DNA from: Paraglomus brasilianum
Lineage: Eukaryota
Direction of reading: 5' to 3'
Assembly: GCA_910592345.1 (NCBI GenBank)
Contig: CAJVPI010000160.1
Coordinates: 1-47,713, forward strand
Length of the DNA: 47,713 nt
Below the pieces are notes generated by a model. The model ran no database searches, had not been told where the DNA came from, and worked only from the letters and a program-made list of their open reading frames with translations. This document shows, piece after piece, positions 1 to 12,469 of this stretch. Each line of letters opens with the position of its first letter. Position 1 is the stretch's first letter. A program made the translations under genes and the position numbers.

Positions 1-69
1 CAAGTCTGTTAGAACAGACAAAACAATCATTTATTCAACTGTAAATGTAATAAAAATCATTATTGTTAT

Positions 70-331
70 GATTCGAAGAACACTTTATTCACAATTTTGG
101 TCAGAAATTGAGATAAAAATGACTGGCATTATCGTTTTCCAAATTGAGATATTGTACAACGATGATGAAAATTTGCGTAACAATGACGGTCTCTCTTGGA
201 GATTCGAAGAACACTTTATTCACAATTTTGGTCAGAAATTGAGATAAAAATGACTGGCATTATCGTTTTCCAAATTGAGATATTGTACAACGATGATGAA
301 AATTTGCGTAACAATGACGGTCTCTCTTGGA
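70..331. repeat. Perfect tandem duplication, 2 x 131 bp
   Basis: 70-200 (GATTCGAAGAACAC...CTCTCTTGGA) is repeated identically at 201-331. Confidence 0.95.
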
Positions 332-1178
332 CACCGTCATACTAAGCGACCAAAAGATCTATTTTTAGTCGGCGGCATATCAAAGCTGCGCCTTGGCGCA
401 CTTGGCCGCAGAAACTTTCCCGGGGTTCTCATTATAATCGCTAAGCCATGATCGGAATAGTGTCCCCAAATTGTGACTAAAATATCTAAAGAGAGAAAAA
501 TAAGGACAATTTTTACCGGACAAACGCAAAGATTTATAGTTTAAGGTAAGTTAGGTTTGAAAAGGCAGTTTCAGAGAGGTGTTTTAATAAGAATCCTTTT
601 ATGCTAAACATAGAGTATAACAATAGTAACAATGGGATATAATATTCAATGGAATCGAGTCTTTAGATAATAGAAATTCTACTAAAGAAAACATTGGACA
701 TGTAAAATAGTAAAGGAAACGGTTATTTTTATTAAAATAAATTTAATCAATGTCATGTTATGCGCAGAATGGAACAACTCGTAAGCAGATACTCGCGTCA
801 TTTGCATGTTGTTTCAATCACAACACAATACTTCCGGAGCCAAGTGCTTTTCTCCATACATACACTTATTATAAGAGCGATTACGTTAATAATACGTTCA
901 GCATTATTATTATGATCCTCGTTAAAATATCCATTCTCGGATAATATTATTACCGAACTTCCATTTGGGGGTTGAAGAACGGTGACGTGACGTTTAACAA
1001 TTTCGAACCCTCTGGGCAATTATTGAGAGCTTGTCAATCTCTAGGCTTGCATATTCTATAAAATACCCTTATTGACGGTTTTCTTACTTCCCAGTCATTT
1101 TTCCCTTCATTCACTTACCAAGAACTTTTTCTCCAAAAGACTTGTTATTTGCAAACAAAACAACGTCAACATTTCACC

Positions 1179-2241
1179 ATGGCAGAAGAGAGAATTCAAA
1201 ACTTGGGCGTATTAAGATCTATGTTCCCAACCATAGATCCGGAAGTATGCGAAGCCGTCTTTGACACGAACGGCGGTAAGCTCGAAGAGAGTATCAATGC
1301 CTTGCTTTCCATGGTTGACCCAGACTACAAAGCCGAAGAGGCTGTTCCCGTCCAAACGATCACTGGTCATGTTACGTCTACTTCGCGAGAGCAAATCCAG
1401 CTCGACGAAGAGTTAGCAAGAACTCTGGCCTTGGAGGCTGACAGAGAAGCTAGATATTATGAACAATCTGTTCGCGCTCAGCAGCAAAAGCGTAACCAAG
1501 AAAAAGAACAGCAATCAAAAGAAGGCGACTTTTTCACTGATGAACTACCAGTGATCAAAGAAAAGTTTACTACTGCCGCTCATACGGCCGCTGATACGAC
1601 AAAGAAGAAGGTGAAGGAATGGTACGAAAAATTCAAATCTTCAGTACGCGACGATGACAGTCCGCATATGACTGGTGCTCAATACACTAACCTTCCTGCT
1701 GACGAGGCTGATCACGCTCTCTTAACCGAGGATTATCCGCCTCTATCTCAGACGCGCACACAAGATGCACATTCTAATAAATATAACAAATCAGGTGGAT
1801 ACACTAGCCAATATAACAGAGCTGGAGCATATACATCCTCTTATAACACAAGTTCAGATGTGGACCGTGATGCGATTACAACTGTTTATAATCCGAGTTC
1901 AGATGTGGACCGTGATGCGATTACAACTGTTTATAATCCTCCGCAACGTTCGACCGAGTCTCCTGCGAGATTCAGCGAGACTAATAATGAACCCATACAG
2001 ATTATAAGAGATAAATCGAATTCAAGCTCGTTTCCGGCAGTCACGGTTGAAGAAGAAGATGATGATGATTTGATTAAACCTTCACCGTATGCAATATCTG
2101 GGAATATAGGTGAGTGGATAAAGGGCGAGATGAGCGAAAACTTCTGTTAACTATGTTTACTCGCGACTAATGTTTTGTATCTTTATAGGGAATACCAAAC
2201 CAGCCGTGCCGCCGAGACCAAGTGCGTCTTCTGAAGAGTAG
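1179..2241 (+). CDS. CUE5: CUE-domain ubiquitin-binding protein, Cue5-like; 2 exons (1179-2109, 2189-2241)
   Basis: N-terminal CUE motif LRSMFPTIDPEVCEAVFDTNGGKLEESINALLSM, then EQIQLDEELARTL and DFFTDELPVIKEKF segments typical of fungal Cue5. A GTGAGT...TATAG intron restores the frame to ...KPAVPPRPSASSEE*. Confidence 0.85.
1851..1939 (+). repeat. In-frame 45-bp tandem duplication inside the CUE5-like CDS
   Basis: AGTTCAGATGTGGACC...TATAATCC at 1851 and 1896; protein SSDVDRDAITTVYNP x2. Confidence 0.95.
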
Positions 2242-2997
2242 ATGGACTATGAGTAATATAGTCGTTATTTCTAGTTTTCGTTAACAAAATGCATTCGAGT
2301 AGAAGAATCTACTTGTACTCAAAAATACGGATATATTTTGTTTAATGATATGCCATTCACTACGGTATAACCGGTACCGCATATACGTTCAAATACAAAT
2401 ATTTTTACTTTATAATTTTCTGTATATTTATCGTTGCCAGCATTATTATTAAAGTTTGAAAACAAATCGATATTCCTGTCATATGCTCATAATAGCAGCT
2501 AATGATTTTCCTGGAGATGTTACTGCATCGGTATGAAAACGTAAAATTATTAATCACATGATCAATTGCAATACTAGTTTAGAGGAACGCTATCATTATT
2601 TATTAGCACAACCTAAACCTAATAAGTCATTTAGAGTTTTCCCTAATTCAACATACAAAGTCTCTACTACGCTAAACGATTTGGTGTGACATCTATAAGG
2701 GACAACCTTTTAATGACTATCCTCTTTTTTCAGTCCAATCCGAAATAGAGAATTATTATTTTGCTATTCACGCTGTAGAATTATCTATTATTCCCTGGTC
2801 GTTTAGACGTCATATTCAGACGCTCTACTTTCCATAACATAGCGCCGACACATTATTCTTCTTATAATGTTATACTAAAAGTTCAAACACAAAATTTTAT
2901 TTGTATGCAAGCAATCAAGTGTAAAAACTTGTCAAGTGCCCCGGGTACTCCTCATCCATCGAGCCAGTCCGTGAGCGTTTGCTAGAAGAACAAAAAA

Positions 2998-4859
2998 TTA
3001 AATGTCAATCATCTTTTCAAACTCCCCTCCTCTATTACGCTCTAATACAAACCTTCCTCTATCGCCTTCATCCAACTCGACTGCCTCAAATTCGTCGGAA
3101 TCTTCAGATCTGATTCCGTTCACTTCCACTGCCATAAATTCATCCTCTTCTGCTCCATCCATAAACTCATCATCCTCATTTTCATTCATAAACTGGTCTG
3201 TTTGATCAACAGTAACAGTATCGAATTCATCATCGTCGGCTGGAGTTGAGGCAGCTTGTTGCTGGTAATTGGCGTAGTAACTTGCATAATCTATAAAGAA
3301 AAGAGTGTAAGACAGGAAAATACTAATACGACGCAAGTTTGTTGATCAATATTTACAGTCTTTTCGTTCCTTGTCTCTCTCGCTCGATTGTTCCACTTTT
3401 ATTTCGTGTTGATCTTCCTTTTGCTTATTTGATATCGTTGGCTGTAATGAGTCTGCTACCATCGTTTCACCAGATATGGTACTGCGAGCGTGCCAGACTG
3501 GAAGGGCATTTTGTTGGCTTGCAGAATGACGGTCCAAAAGAACAACACAGTAAGCGTATAATAGTATAGTAATGATAAACATTATTGTTAAAAAAACTCA
3601 CCGCTTCTTTTCAATCTCAGCTTCTTTCGCCCTCTTGCTAGCTTCATTGTCATCCTGAAATACGACGACAATACCTCCAGTGAGATTGCCGCTTTCTTGA
3701 GCGTACGATATTTCCTTGTCCTCTGTGAACGGATTACGGCAGAATTGTTAACGTTTGGGGACGGATTTGTGACTTCAATGCAGTTCCTAGTCTACTCACG
3801 TGATGTTTGCAGCGATCCCTTGCCCGAGCTACTACCGGCAATCTTATCTATTGTAGTGCTTTTTGGTTTTTTTGTCATGAGAATGCAGATAAAAATATAA
3901 AGTAATAGAAAAGTAGTTGTCTTTCTTCACAAACGCGTAGCCATACAACACATACGCTGGTATACGCAATTTATCTATATCTTTGAGTAGATCAATCATA
4001 GGTTGAGATTGTTCCATAAACCTTTTAAATATAAGCTAACAGAATTAGTTCTTCTAGTCGCATTCATTCGAAATCCCTCGTCATAACCAAGGACATACCT
4101 TCCATGCAACTGCTCCGATCCCTTTACATTCTCAGCATTGTCGTTGTGCTTCAGCTCCGTTGAACACACCTCGCATGTAAATACACCCCTTTCGTGGTCT
4201 AGCAGGAATGCAACATCCAACGGGGAATATGTTTTCTTGCAATTAGGACAAATATAACCCTTGTTTTCTAATTCCTAAATAGTGAATTTACAAAGATTTG
4301 TCAAACAAAAGTAAACGATGCTTTATTGTGTTTGACTAGATTAAAGAAAAGCCGGCATACGTTACGCATCCTGTCTCCAACCATAACTCGAATTTTGTAT
4401 ATTTTCCATTTCACTACATTTACAAACTGTTGCCAGTCTATGTAGTAATAAGTTTTCGGAACTGGTCGTTGATCCGCCTTTTTGGGTTCCATACGCTGAA
4501 ATCTAACGTAAGGGTCGGACATCAAGTCACTGAGTCATCTTCCAAGGAGTCACTCATTATTCTATAAGAACATACGTTTTCAACAGCCGGTTCTCCTTAA
4601 GAGTTCCGCATATCTTGTGAATTTCTTTCACAGTCAGACCTATTGTTTTCGATAATTCTTCATCGCTAATACTAAAATGGAATAACACTTGTTAGTAAAG
4701 TTGTCTCGCGTTAAATCAAGATTGATCTATCATCTTTTGAACTCACGCTTCGTGTTTAGTCAGCTCATCCATGACCACAATGAACGGGGTCTGAAAGAAT
4801 GCGCGAGTGACACGCTTCACAAGACGAACGAGCGGGCGCATATCTACAGGCTCCTCCAT
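2998..4859 (-). CDS. TFA1: Transcription initiation factor TFIIE alpha subunit, multi-exon
   Basis: Spliced reading MEEPVDMRPLVRLVKRVTRAFF..., KTYYYIDWQQFVNVVKWKIYKI, zinc ribbon GYICPNCKKTYSPLD...FTCEVC, DYASYYANY and an acidic C-terminal tail. The splice sites checked are canonical GT-AG. Confidence 0.93.
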
Positions 4860-5329
4860 TGTGTCGTGGTGAGGTATGGTAGCTGTTCAATGCAACGACT
4901 CGCACTGTTGAAGCATAGCGTTACGAGTTATGAGTTTGACATATGATGACGTATTGTTTACATATTCGAATGCATACTAGTTGTATGTGGTCATGTGATC
5001 AAACTATAATGAGATTAAATTTTCATTACAAAAAAGTTTTCAAAAAACAAAAACCATTCCATAATGTCTTTATGTCAAAGAAGATTCATTGGATATTCGA
5101 CATCGTATGTACATTCTCATGGATACGATTCTCTGTATTTTAATTGAATCAATTCGTTAACAAATTGTGTGGACAGGGGAATAAATACAAGAATAAATGG
5201 GATTTGGAAGAGGTGAACAAATAGATAACCATTTTCGTTTCAATGTGTTTTGTATGCATCTAATCAATTAAAATATTCTTGTTCCCACTAATAATTAGTA
5301 AGTCATATTCTTCTGCATGGATAAATGCT

Positions 5330-6415
5330 ATGAAATCTAAGAGAATCAACCCTCTGGTAAATATGCTCTGCTGTCTCAATGCTAAGCACTACTTGCTCAA
5401 TTTTTTCTGATCGCTTCTTATCTACCAAGCAAGATCCGCACTCGCTTGTTGAGTAGTGATACAACTCAGCCCGTTGAGGAGGATTTGCATGTCGGGAATA
5501 CAAAGGAACGAGTGCTGGATAGATATAAACAGATCGGGGCAAAATCAGGTCGACAGTATCCCGAATTTGTCAAGCGAATCGCACCCCCTCTTTCCAAGTT
5601 ACTTGGAATAACAGTGCGCGCTGAGGGAATGTCAACGATTCAACGAGTATATCCTGTATGCGCAATGCAGACGGAATATCATAGAGATTATTATATAGAC
5701 GGTAAATCACGTTACATTGTGTGATTATCAGCTTGACATCTATTATTGATCACGACCTGTTATGAACGATTCCAGCATGTAAATTACCCGATAATTATCA
5801 GACATGGTTCTCAGTAACGGCGTTACATCTATGGATGGTTATAGTAAGGTTCAGGCCAGAGACTCATGGAGAAACATACAACGAGATTTTGGTTAATACG
5901 TTTTTTGAAGATGTTGAGTGGAGAATGTGTAATCTTCATGGTGTAAGAATATGCACATTTGCACACATGTCAATATGGAATTGTTAGGAATCTACTCTGA
6001 CAATATCCCTACCTACTAATTTGTGTTTTTACTATTTCTTCCCTAGGTTAAACGCGGTTCAATAGCAACACGGTATATCAAAGATTTCCTTTCCCAATTC
6101 AGAGGGGCCGTTATGGCATATGATGAAGGATTATGTAAAAGCGATGCGATACTGGCTGCTGCGCTGTGGAGGTAAACGAATCTCATTTATTCTGGTTGAC
6201 AGATTAACGAATGATTGGGAGGATTTGCGCGTTTATTCATCAGCAACATTGTCTTAATTTGTTATAGGAATGTCTTTTCAACATTTACCTCTATTCATAT
6301 CATGGCATCACTGCTAAAATATACGCGACAAGAGCTCCAAAGATTGGATTCATTATCCTGGGAAGACATTAGCCAGGGAAAAGTCCAGTTCTCAAAGCCA
6401 ACTCTGGAACTGTAA
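5330..6415 (+). CDS. CBP3: Ubiquinol-cytochrome c reductase chaperone CBP3/UQCC1, about 5 exons; start codon inferred
   Basis: Exons encode LPDNYQTWFSVTALHLWMVIVRFR, ILVNTFFEDVEWRM, QFRGAVMAYDEGLCKSDAILAAALWRNVF. The basic N-terminus MKSKRINPLIRTRLLSS (after a small intron) resembles a mitochondrial presequence. Confidence 0.9.
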
Positions 6416-6567
6416 ATAAATTGTTCAAGATGACAAAAATTGTATTCTGTAATTTTGTGTATGCTAATGGCTGATAATTAGTAATGATGTCAGCTTGACA
6501 AATTTTATTATTATAAGTACTTTTAAACTGGACGATTCGCAGCAACCCACACTGTCATTCTACTACA

Positions 6568-8789
6568 TCATGCCGTTTTTTGTTCACTTGCTAAATTCTG
6601 TTGCGGTGGTGGACTGCTACCAAAGTCTGACGGTTGCACTGGCGGCGGTGGAGGGCCCTTTGAATAATACAAGAGGATTCCATGGTTAATCTTCACTGCT
6701 ACAGTAAAAGTAGATTCCGTAAGTCAGTATATATTACCTGAGTAATTAGCTCCCATACGGTCATTTTACTGTCCTTTAACTGCTTGAAGTGCATCTGCTC
6801 GAACTGTTTTTGTTCTTCTTGGATCATCTTTTGGAATTGTGGAGCTTGCTCTTTTATGTTCTTATAATGAGAATTGAATTCATCACGCATGTATTTCCGT
6901 CGGAGATCAACTGCTTGATAAACTGGTGTGACTTCATGTTGCTGTGTGCACAAATATATTATAATTGATGTTAATAATCCAGCAATTGAAAACTTGATTC
7001 AATCCTCCTTATCAAATGCATATTTGCACTTAAATGGATTTGTATGTACACATATAGCTGAAGATTACACGTTGAAACATACCACATGACCACCACCGAG
7101 CGTGAATGCCCAACTCGCCAATCCTTTCTTTGGTTGTTTAGCTTTCTCCCACTCTAGACGACTCTGCTCCTTCCAATTCTTTTCCCATTCCGCAAATGCC
7201 TGTGGAAGATTCTTTTCATTCTGAAACATTTTTATTATCGGAAGCACGTCCTGTACATCAAATAAGATGAAATCTGTCCGCAGACAGTAGAACCATTAAA
7301 ATTAACGTATCGAATGTCTTGCATTGATGCATTACAAATACTTACATTCCAGAAATGGAATAATATCTATCAGAAATGTATCTTTGGGGTCACCATTCCA
7401 CGGCGGTACATAAATTGCGTTCTCCGGCTGCAACGAGTAGGCATCAGGATCCGAGTCCATGATAATTACTTTTGACAAGTCACGGTTTAGCTTGGATAAA
7501 TCCTAAAAAGAATGTCGTTCATCTTCGGATCAATAATGTACTTCTTACGATAAGTCAAATTTCACACATGTACTCGTATATATAAACGTAAATTATTTCT
7601 ATTTGTTACCTTAACATGTTTACCATCAACATATCTTGTCTGATCCCTAGTTAGTTTAAATGGAGCCATTCCGAGCGGATCAAGCTTTAACAATAATGGC
7701 TCCGCCGTCTAGCAAAACGCGGATAATTACTGACTAGGATTAAGAGGTTTGTTGTTGTTGTTGTTATTGAGAAGAAAGCAATGCTATACTCACGTAAGTG
7801 GGCTGTGCAGTCCAGATGACAAGTTCATATAAGTTGGCCATGTATGCGAGAAAATAATCCAATCCTGGTCTTTTTGCAAATCGCCAACCATGTTGTCTCT
7901 AAAGATAGACAAGTTCATAGATAGACGGTATTACGTCAATAACCATTTGCACAACTGAACAATACGCGGATTTTCGGAGTACTGAACGCGTCTGATACTC
8001 ACATCCCACGTTGAATGTATGAGAGTTTCTTCGAGGTTAATTACTAAAGTGAGTGGTGGAAAGTTTGGTAATGTATCCTTGTCTTGCAATAACTTGTCCG
8101 ATGGAGGCTCCATAAAGAACTTTAATAAACAGCAGATCATCAGCATGTCGAATAATATTTATTCTGGCAAACGGGGCGTTCATATATACCTGAAGAAGAT
8201 CTTCAAATCGCGCTCGCAATCTCTTATACCAAGCGGCAAAAAAACCTAAGTCTTTGTACTATTTATAAATTAGTTTTCGATTCGCATAATTCCTTCATTT
8301 TTCAGGTTTCTCCTCAATTACCTTATTCTCCCTGTCAGATTCGAACGGCCTTCCTAAAATTACCTATCGTTAGCGACTGTCGTTCATATTCTGTGCATTT
8401 TACCTTTAATGAACCTGTCGTATACCTGAGTATAATATCAACGCAATAGTAGAACCTATCATAGTCACACCGACAACCGACAAAAACTTTTTCATCTTGG
8501 GATTTATAGCATCAATATTGGAACTAGGCTTCCGCGGGCGACTGCGTGGTTTTGGAGGAGTAACCTCTGTTAGGTAACTTTTATAGTGTGTTTGCAAGAG
8601 ACGTATTCGCGGTGCTGAAGTGAATTGTATCGAAGGTGCATAAATAGGATGAATATTTCGCGTGCTTGGTGGACTAACATGAGTGATCGTGTGTGCAGAA
8701 CGAGCCTGAATAGGTGTGGAGTATAAGGCTTTATATTGACTTAGTTTTGGAATCGTGAAATTCAGACGGTGAAATATTCGAACAGACAT
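6568..8789 (-). CDS. TIM50: Mitochondrial import inner membrane translocase subunit TIM50, multi-exon
   Basis: Presequence plus a single TM segment, then an FCP1-like domain: [81 protein letters not shown]. The last exon ends GPPPPPVQ...EQKTA*. Confidence 0.93.
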
Positions 8790-9007
8790 TTTAAAAGTTT
8801 TTTTGAACAACCCATTTCAATCTAATATGTAGATCTCAATATCAACCCCTGCCAAAATAAAATAAAATAAAGGAAAATAAAATATTTATTATTTATTTCT
8901 CCAACTTATCGTAAATAATCAAGCTATTAAATGCTTAAAAGAAATATCAACCAGCTTGAATCACTTTTGCTCTAGCTTTAACTATAGTCAAATAATACAA
9001 ATGGATA

Positions 9008-10081
9008 TCAATAGCGAGGATATGTATTATACCTATTCCATGGATAATAAGATCTTCTCTCCCATGGACAATGTCTTCTAGCAAAAAATCCTCGTCGGCG
9101 TAATTTCGCAAACGAGAAGGCTAGAATCAACACCCATGATGCAAAGAATAATATCGACAATACGGCAAAGAAGAATTTAATCACAGCAAAAAATAAAAAC
9201 AGGAATAGAACTATTTTAAGAGCCTTTTTCATGAAACACATCGCTATAATTTTTTGAAATTCTGCACATGAATTGGATCTTTGTGAGCACGCCTGCCCAC
9301 CACAATTGTGTTGTCTATTTATATCACAAGAACAAGCCGCACGCGTATGTCGATCATTAGCATTCCCAAGTGACGACAGCGGCAACTCGTTATCAGCAAA
9401 GGACCTGAACCAGCCACCTGCATTCTCGACGCCGTTGTTAGTGAATTCAAAAATTTGATCTACTATTGAATTGGCTGTTTGTCTTAATTGAGGATTTTGT
9501 TGGGCGATTTCGTAGAGTTGGTCCATCAAATTTTGGATCTGACCGGCGAAATTAGTTTCTGGCCCAGGTTGTTCGGACGGGGTAAATTGAGGTTGCTCTA
9601 CAACAGTCTCACCATCCTTATCACTCTTGGTATTTTCCTCATTATTGCCAGTGCTATCGCAGATTCTTCGGTCCTTCTTGTCAGTCTCTTTAGATATAAT
9701 GCCTTCGCTTGCGACATTTCTCAAAGTCAGCATTGGTTGTGATTGATCCTCCTCATCTTCATTCATAACAGCTTGTACATTACTGCTTAATTTTGACCTT
9801 CCTTCAAGCACCCAAGACTCATATCCACTATCTTCAATACCAGTATTCAACACGAAAGACATAGTAGAGCTCTTAGATGACTCCAATACATGCCTTAGTT
9901 CAACATCCGAAGAAAGCGTAATAACGTCCCCATCTTCGTCGGAATAGGAAAGCCCAATTGGAACATTGAGAGGAATGGAGAAGAGGAGTCGAAGTTGAGC
10001 GGACAGGTCGGTCCAGGTTATGGTTAAGGGGAGCGTTAATTTACGGATCGTAGCATTGTATGTAACTTTGATAGCTGACAT
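9008..10081 (-). CDS. PB1-domain protein with C-terminal hydrophobic (about 2 TM) segment, intronless, 357 aa
   Basis: N-terminal IKVTY...RK...LSYSDEDGDVITLSSDVEL has the conserved Lys and the OPCA acidic motif. An acidic linker follows, then a ~40-residue hydrophobic stretch and an Arg-rich tail. Confidence 0.85.
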   Translation of the reverse strand: MSAIKVTYNATIRKLTLPLTITWTDLSAQLRLLFSIPLNVPIGLSYSDEDGDVITLSSDVELRHVLESSKSSTMSFVLNTGIEDSGYESWVLEGRSKLSSNVQAVMNEDEEDQSQPMLTLRNVASEGIISKETDKKDRRICDSTGNNEENTKSDKDGETVVEQPQFTPSEQPGPETNFAGQIQNLMDQLYEIAQQNPQLRQTANSIVDQIFEFTNNGVENAGGWFRSFADNELPLSSLGNANDRHTRAACSCDINRQHNCGGQACSQRSNSCAEFQKIIAMCFMKKALKIVLFLFLFFAVIKFFFAVLSILFFASWVLILAFSFAKLRRRGFFARRHCPWERRSYYPWNRYNTYPRY

Positions 10082-11238
10082 TCTAAATTATCCAATTTAT
10101 TATTACAGTTTGTAATAGAAAAGCGTGTTTGGTATTGAATGTCGGAAATATAATATTGGGATATTTTATCAAACGCAATACTGCTTCTTCAATCGACGTT
10201 TTATATTTTCATGGCTCTATGCCAAGATTCCATATCGCCACTTTACTCATTCGTAAGCAACACGTAAACAATCATTACCGGGTCGTTGCGTATGACGCAG
10301 TAAGTTACGTCTGATTTGGAGGATGTGGTTGATTGTGATTTGATTTTGGAGTAGTACAAATATGTGTTTCGGGTAAAAGGAATCACTACCCGAACTCCAA
10401 ATAAAGAGATTAACGGTTTCATTAGTTTGAAGGTTCAGTTATGAATAACAAAGATTTTAATAAAAAACAATCTCATTAACTGCTAATAGCAAATTAAAAA
10501 CTTGCCACGACTAAGCGGTCCGAGCCAATAGGACACCAACACTTGTATATTAATTAAACGCTAATGACTTGTAATAATATTCATGAGAACGATTTACTCT
10601 GAATATATCACCTTTTTATAATTAATATGCTCTTCAACTAAGAATTACTATTCGTAATACTGTAGTTCTATTCTTATTGTTATGCGTCATTGTTGCTGAA
10701 CGAAAATATCTATTGCTATGGCCTAAAGGCTAAAACAAGCCGATAGGCCAGCTTACTGAAGTTAGAGTAACGTCTAGCCGTAAATTAGCGGACGCTGGAG
10801 TATCTGACTAAACAAGAAAGAATACTTCAATTAAGTGTTGAAGGTTTTGTGAAGGTACGAAGTCGATGGCGTATATTTCTCCCCATGTTCTGCGCAGTTA
10901 GTTCCACGTTTCATCCATATCATCTAGATGTCGCAACAGTACAAAGCTTCACAGTGTATACCAGTACACAATATATCATTGTACTGACGCACCAATTATA
11001 AAATGACAGCTCGATTAGATATACGAGATCCGTTGATTTCTTTATAATAAACGAGTAGTTATTTTCCTGGTGAAATATTCGATATAATTGTAAATTACTT
11101 TTAATCCTTATATCGATTAAGGCTTGTCCCGCGAATATTCTCGTGGCATTGCGCTTAAGCACCATATAATTTAAAAAATTTTAATTATATTTTACTCTCA
11201 AAAAACAATTTATTCGGCTTCAAATTTTTCTAATAAAC

Positions 11239-11784
11239 GGGCCCGGGTCATAACATCGACAATCATTTCGTAGACATTATATTTCGATGACAGCCACTCC
11301 GCTTACAGGTCATTTCATTCACCGACAGTTATTTCATAGCCTCGTTGTCTATCAGTCCAGCCGTTCCTCTCCTTCAGTCTATCTTACTCTACAAATCTCA
11401 TTTTAGGATCTGGTTTTATCAATCAAGTTGAATATTTTGATGTTATTCGTGAAATGACTATTGAATTATTGATAGTAATAGAAAAACACTCTATCTTCAA
11501 AAGATCCCTTCGAACTAAGAGAAAAGAAAGTCAAAGTTCGTATTATATTGAATTAGTGTATGCAGAATTGATTGATGCTGGTTGGCTCGAAATTAAATAA
11601 AACTTTCAAATCACTGTTTTAACAGAGACAGATCTACTTTGAAAGGCAACTGTTTTAATCTGATAAACATAATAAAGTAAATAACGTCAGCCATTATGTC
11701 CACTGGCGGCAAAATGACTATCGTTGAAATGATTGTCGAGAGGCCTGTCGGCGTAATATAATGTCTACGAAGTTATTACCTCCC
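11239..11784. mobile_element. Degenerate non-autonomous TIR element related to the 12710-12867 MITE
   Basis: Left TCGACAATCATTTCGTAGACATTATATT is inverted relative to right GAAATGATTGTCGA / AATATAATGTCTACGAA. The right end is CCTCCC, as in the 12.7-kb element. No TSD seen. Confidence 0.6.
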
Positions 11785-12469
11785 ATGATTAATCAGACCC
11801 CCAACACTATAATAATAAGCTTCCGAAACAATCCCATTAGAAAAGTTTATTCGATGGCGAATGACCGTCTAGGATTAGTGTCTACCGATCGAGAGTAGTA
11901 AAGCCTGTTTGAAAGGCCACTAACTGTCGTTTGTATTTAACTAAGAGTAGAAGAAACCAAGAGCTCCGTTCGAAAATAGCTAAATTCCAAAGCCAAAATT
12001 TGCTCTCCTGCGATTGTTGGCTTAACAGTTTCATTTATCAAAGAGCTTAACACAACATACGAATGTCCTTAGCAATAGTAAAAGCCCGTCTTAAAGGATG
12101 AGTACACTTAGTTGACAAGGCATACATGCAAGACTGCTAAATTTTGAGCATCCCTAGTCAAACTCAAAACACCAAACACCCACATGACCAAATATAATAC
12201 TAGGATATAAAAACATAACTGCACATCTTTACTATAATAAAATTGTTTACTAACTTGCTATTTAATACTTAATATCAATATAAATAATATTTTCATAATA
12301 ATATAGAAATTTCATAGCTTGTATTTAACAAATGCAATTTATCTTCCATTTACAGTCCCCTATAATTTTGCTCAATTTTATGTCAAATGCTCTGTACTAA
12401 ACAATCTTCTTATCATCTTTATACAACTCAATCTTCTCCCTTATTTAATTTTTTTTTACTTCTAGCCCA

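Noticed and set aside
338..1019. Possible small spliced minus-strand gene divergent from CUE5
   Set aside because: The candidate donors and acceptors do not join convincingly in frame, there is no good ATG and no recognisable product.
8008..8050. TIM50 lacks the DxDxT phosphatase motif (INLEET)
   Set aside because: A degenerate motif is normal for Tim50 orthologues.
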